The notes under the pieces were generated by a model. The model saw only the letters and a list, made by a program, of their open reading frames with translations. It had not been told where the DNA came from and did not search any database. The position numbers and the translations under genes were made by a program. A stretch of DNA of 64,000 bases, taken from assembly GCA_004022145.1 (NCBI GenBank), contig RCNU01000001.1; one strand, written 5' to 3'. This document shows, in pieces, positions 63,317 through 64,000 of this stretch (positions are counted from its first letter, which is position 1; the number at the start of each line of letters is the position of its first letter). The DNA is from Paecilomyces variotii. Taxonomy: Eukaryota.

Positions 63317-63733
63317 TAGTCGGATTTGAGAACAGGAAATTTCAAATTAGCAGTTTTAAGGCAGCTCCGTTTTGGGGGAGGACGAATAGCGATCCTGATC
63401 TATGGTTTTATAGAAAAGTAGTCGGTTTTCTTAAAAATCAACCTTTACGAAATACTTTAACCTTTAGCCCTGTGTGCGTCAGGCAAGCAGGGTAGTTATT
63501 ATTATGATCTCCTATTTATACGTCCAGTCTATGTGGTCTGGATTCGAAAAGTTGCGCTGCAACATATTTTTATCATCGTCATTGTATCTAATTCGTGAAA
63601 GCTATTTACAAAGTCGAATGCGGCATCTTTCATGCCGGCGGACTTGCGTTTCATCAGAAGATTTACCCAGTTGGTGGGTGTTCCATCATGGTCAGAACAA
63701 GTTCTTCGACTGGGGCCTGTTTCAGGGAGCGAA

Positions 63734-64000
63734 TTACTGCTCTCCTGCCAACACCCTCCAGAGCATCTTCACTTCATCCTCTTCTTCTTTCGATCCCGGC
63801 TCTGTGCCTGCCCCATATCGCTGCCCAATGACGCAAACGAGCCAGACATCATTCTTGGTCTCGTCGATGAAACGTTCAGTGGGAGATCCGCGGGGATAGA
63901 CACGGCGCCATTCATCCCAGATGCGGAATGCCTCTTCACCCCAGGCGCGGAAGCTGACTTCCTCGATAATGGTTGGGGTAATAATCTCCTTGCCTTTGAA
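63734..64000 (-). CDS. MET12: C-terminus of methylenetetrahydrofolate reductase (Met12-type); 5' part outside window
   Basis: Minus strand reads FKGKEIITPTIIEEVSFRAWGEEAFRIWDEW..WLVCVI..LWRVLAGEQ*, matching the eukaryotic MTHFR regulatory-domain end. Not in the supplied ORF track. Confidence 0.8.
   Translation of the reverse strand, partial: FKGKEIITPTIIEEVSFRAWGEEAFRIWDEWRRVYPRGSPTERFIDETKNDVWLVCVIGQRYGAGTEPGSKEEEDEVKMLWRVLAGEQ

Noticed and set aside
1-64000. Starship/giant transposon, secondary-metabolite cluster, tRNA, rRNA or telomerase RNA
   Set aside because: I saw no tyrosine recombinase captain, PKS/NRPS/terpene backbone, tRNA cloverleaf, rRNA sequence or convincing TAACCCTAA template; a by-eye search could miss divergent RNAs.

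Overview
Intron-rich filamentous ascomycete genomic DNA (Eurotiales-like by gene content and GT..CTRAC..YAG introns; taxon is inferred). The window is mostly housekeeping genes: FAR9/10-type FHA protein, POP7/Rpp20, UGGT, a Reb1/TTF1-like Myb protein, RRP40, folliculin/Lst7, eIF3k, TSR4/PDCD2L, prenylcysteine oxidase, ATG26, QTRT2, CDC8, SLX1, allantoinase, VMA12, prefoldin 3 and the 3' end of an MTHFR. It also holds a PhzF-like gene, a secreted low-complexity protein and two hypothetical genes. Most notable: (1) a box C/D snoRNA in the eIF3k intron with two rRNA-complementary guides; (2) a 5-exon uncharacterised gene whose C-terminus looks like a stand-alone retropepsin (clan AA) protease, next to a transposon-end relic; (3) a complete, heavily RIP-mutated 2.1 kb Fot1/pogo transposon with 47-bp TIRs and TA duplication, 181 bp upstream of RRP40; (4) a perfect UaY-type site upstream of allantoinase. 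All gene models were spliced by hand, and family calls come from motif recognition, not database searches.
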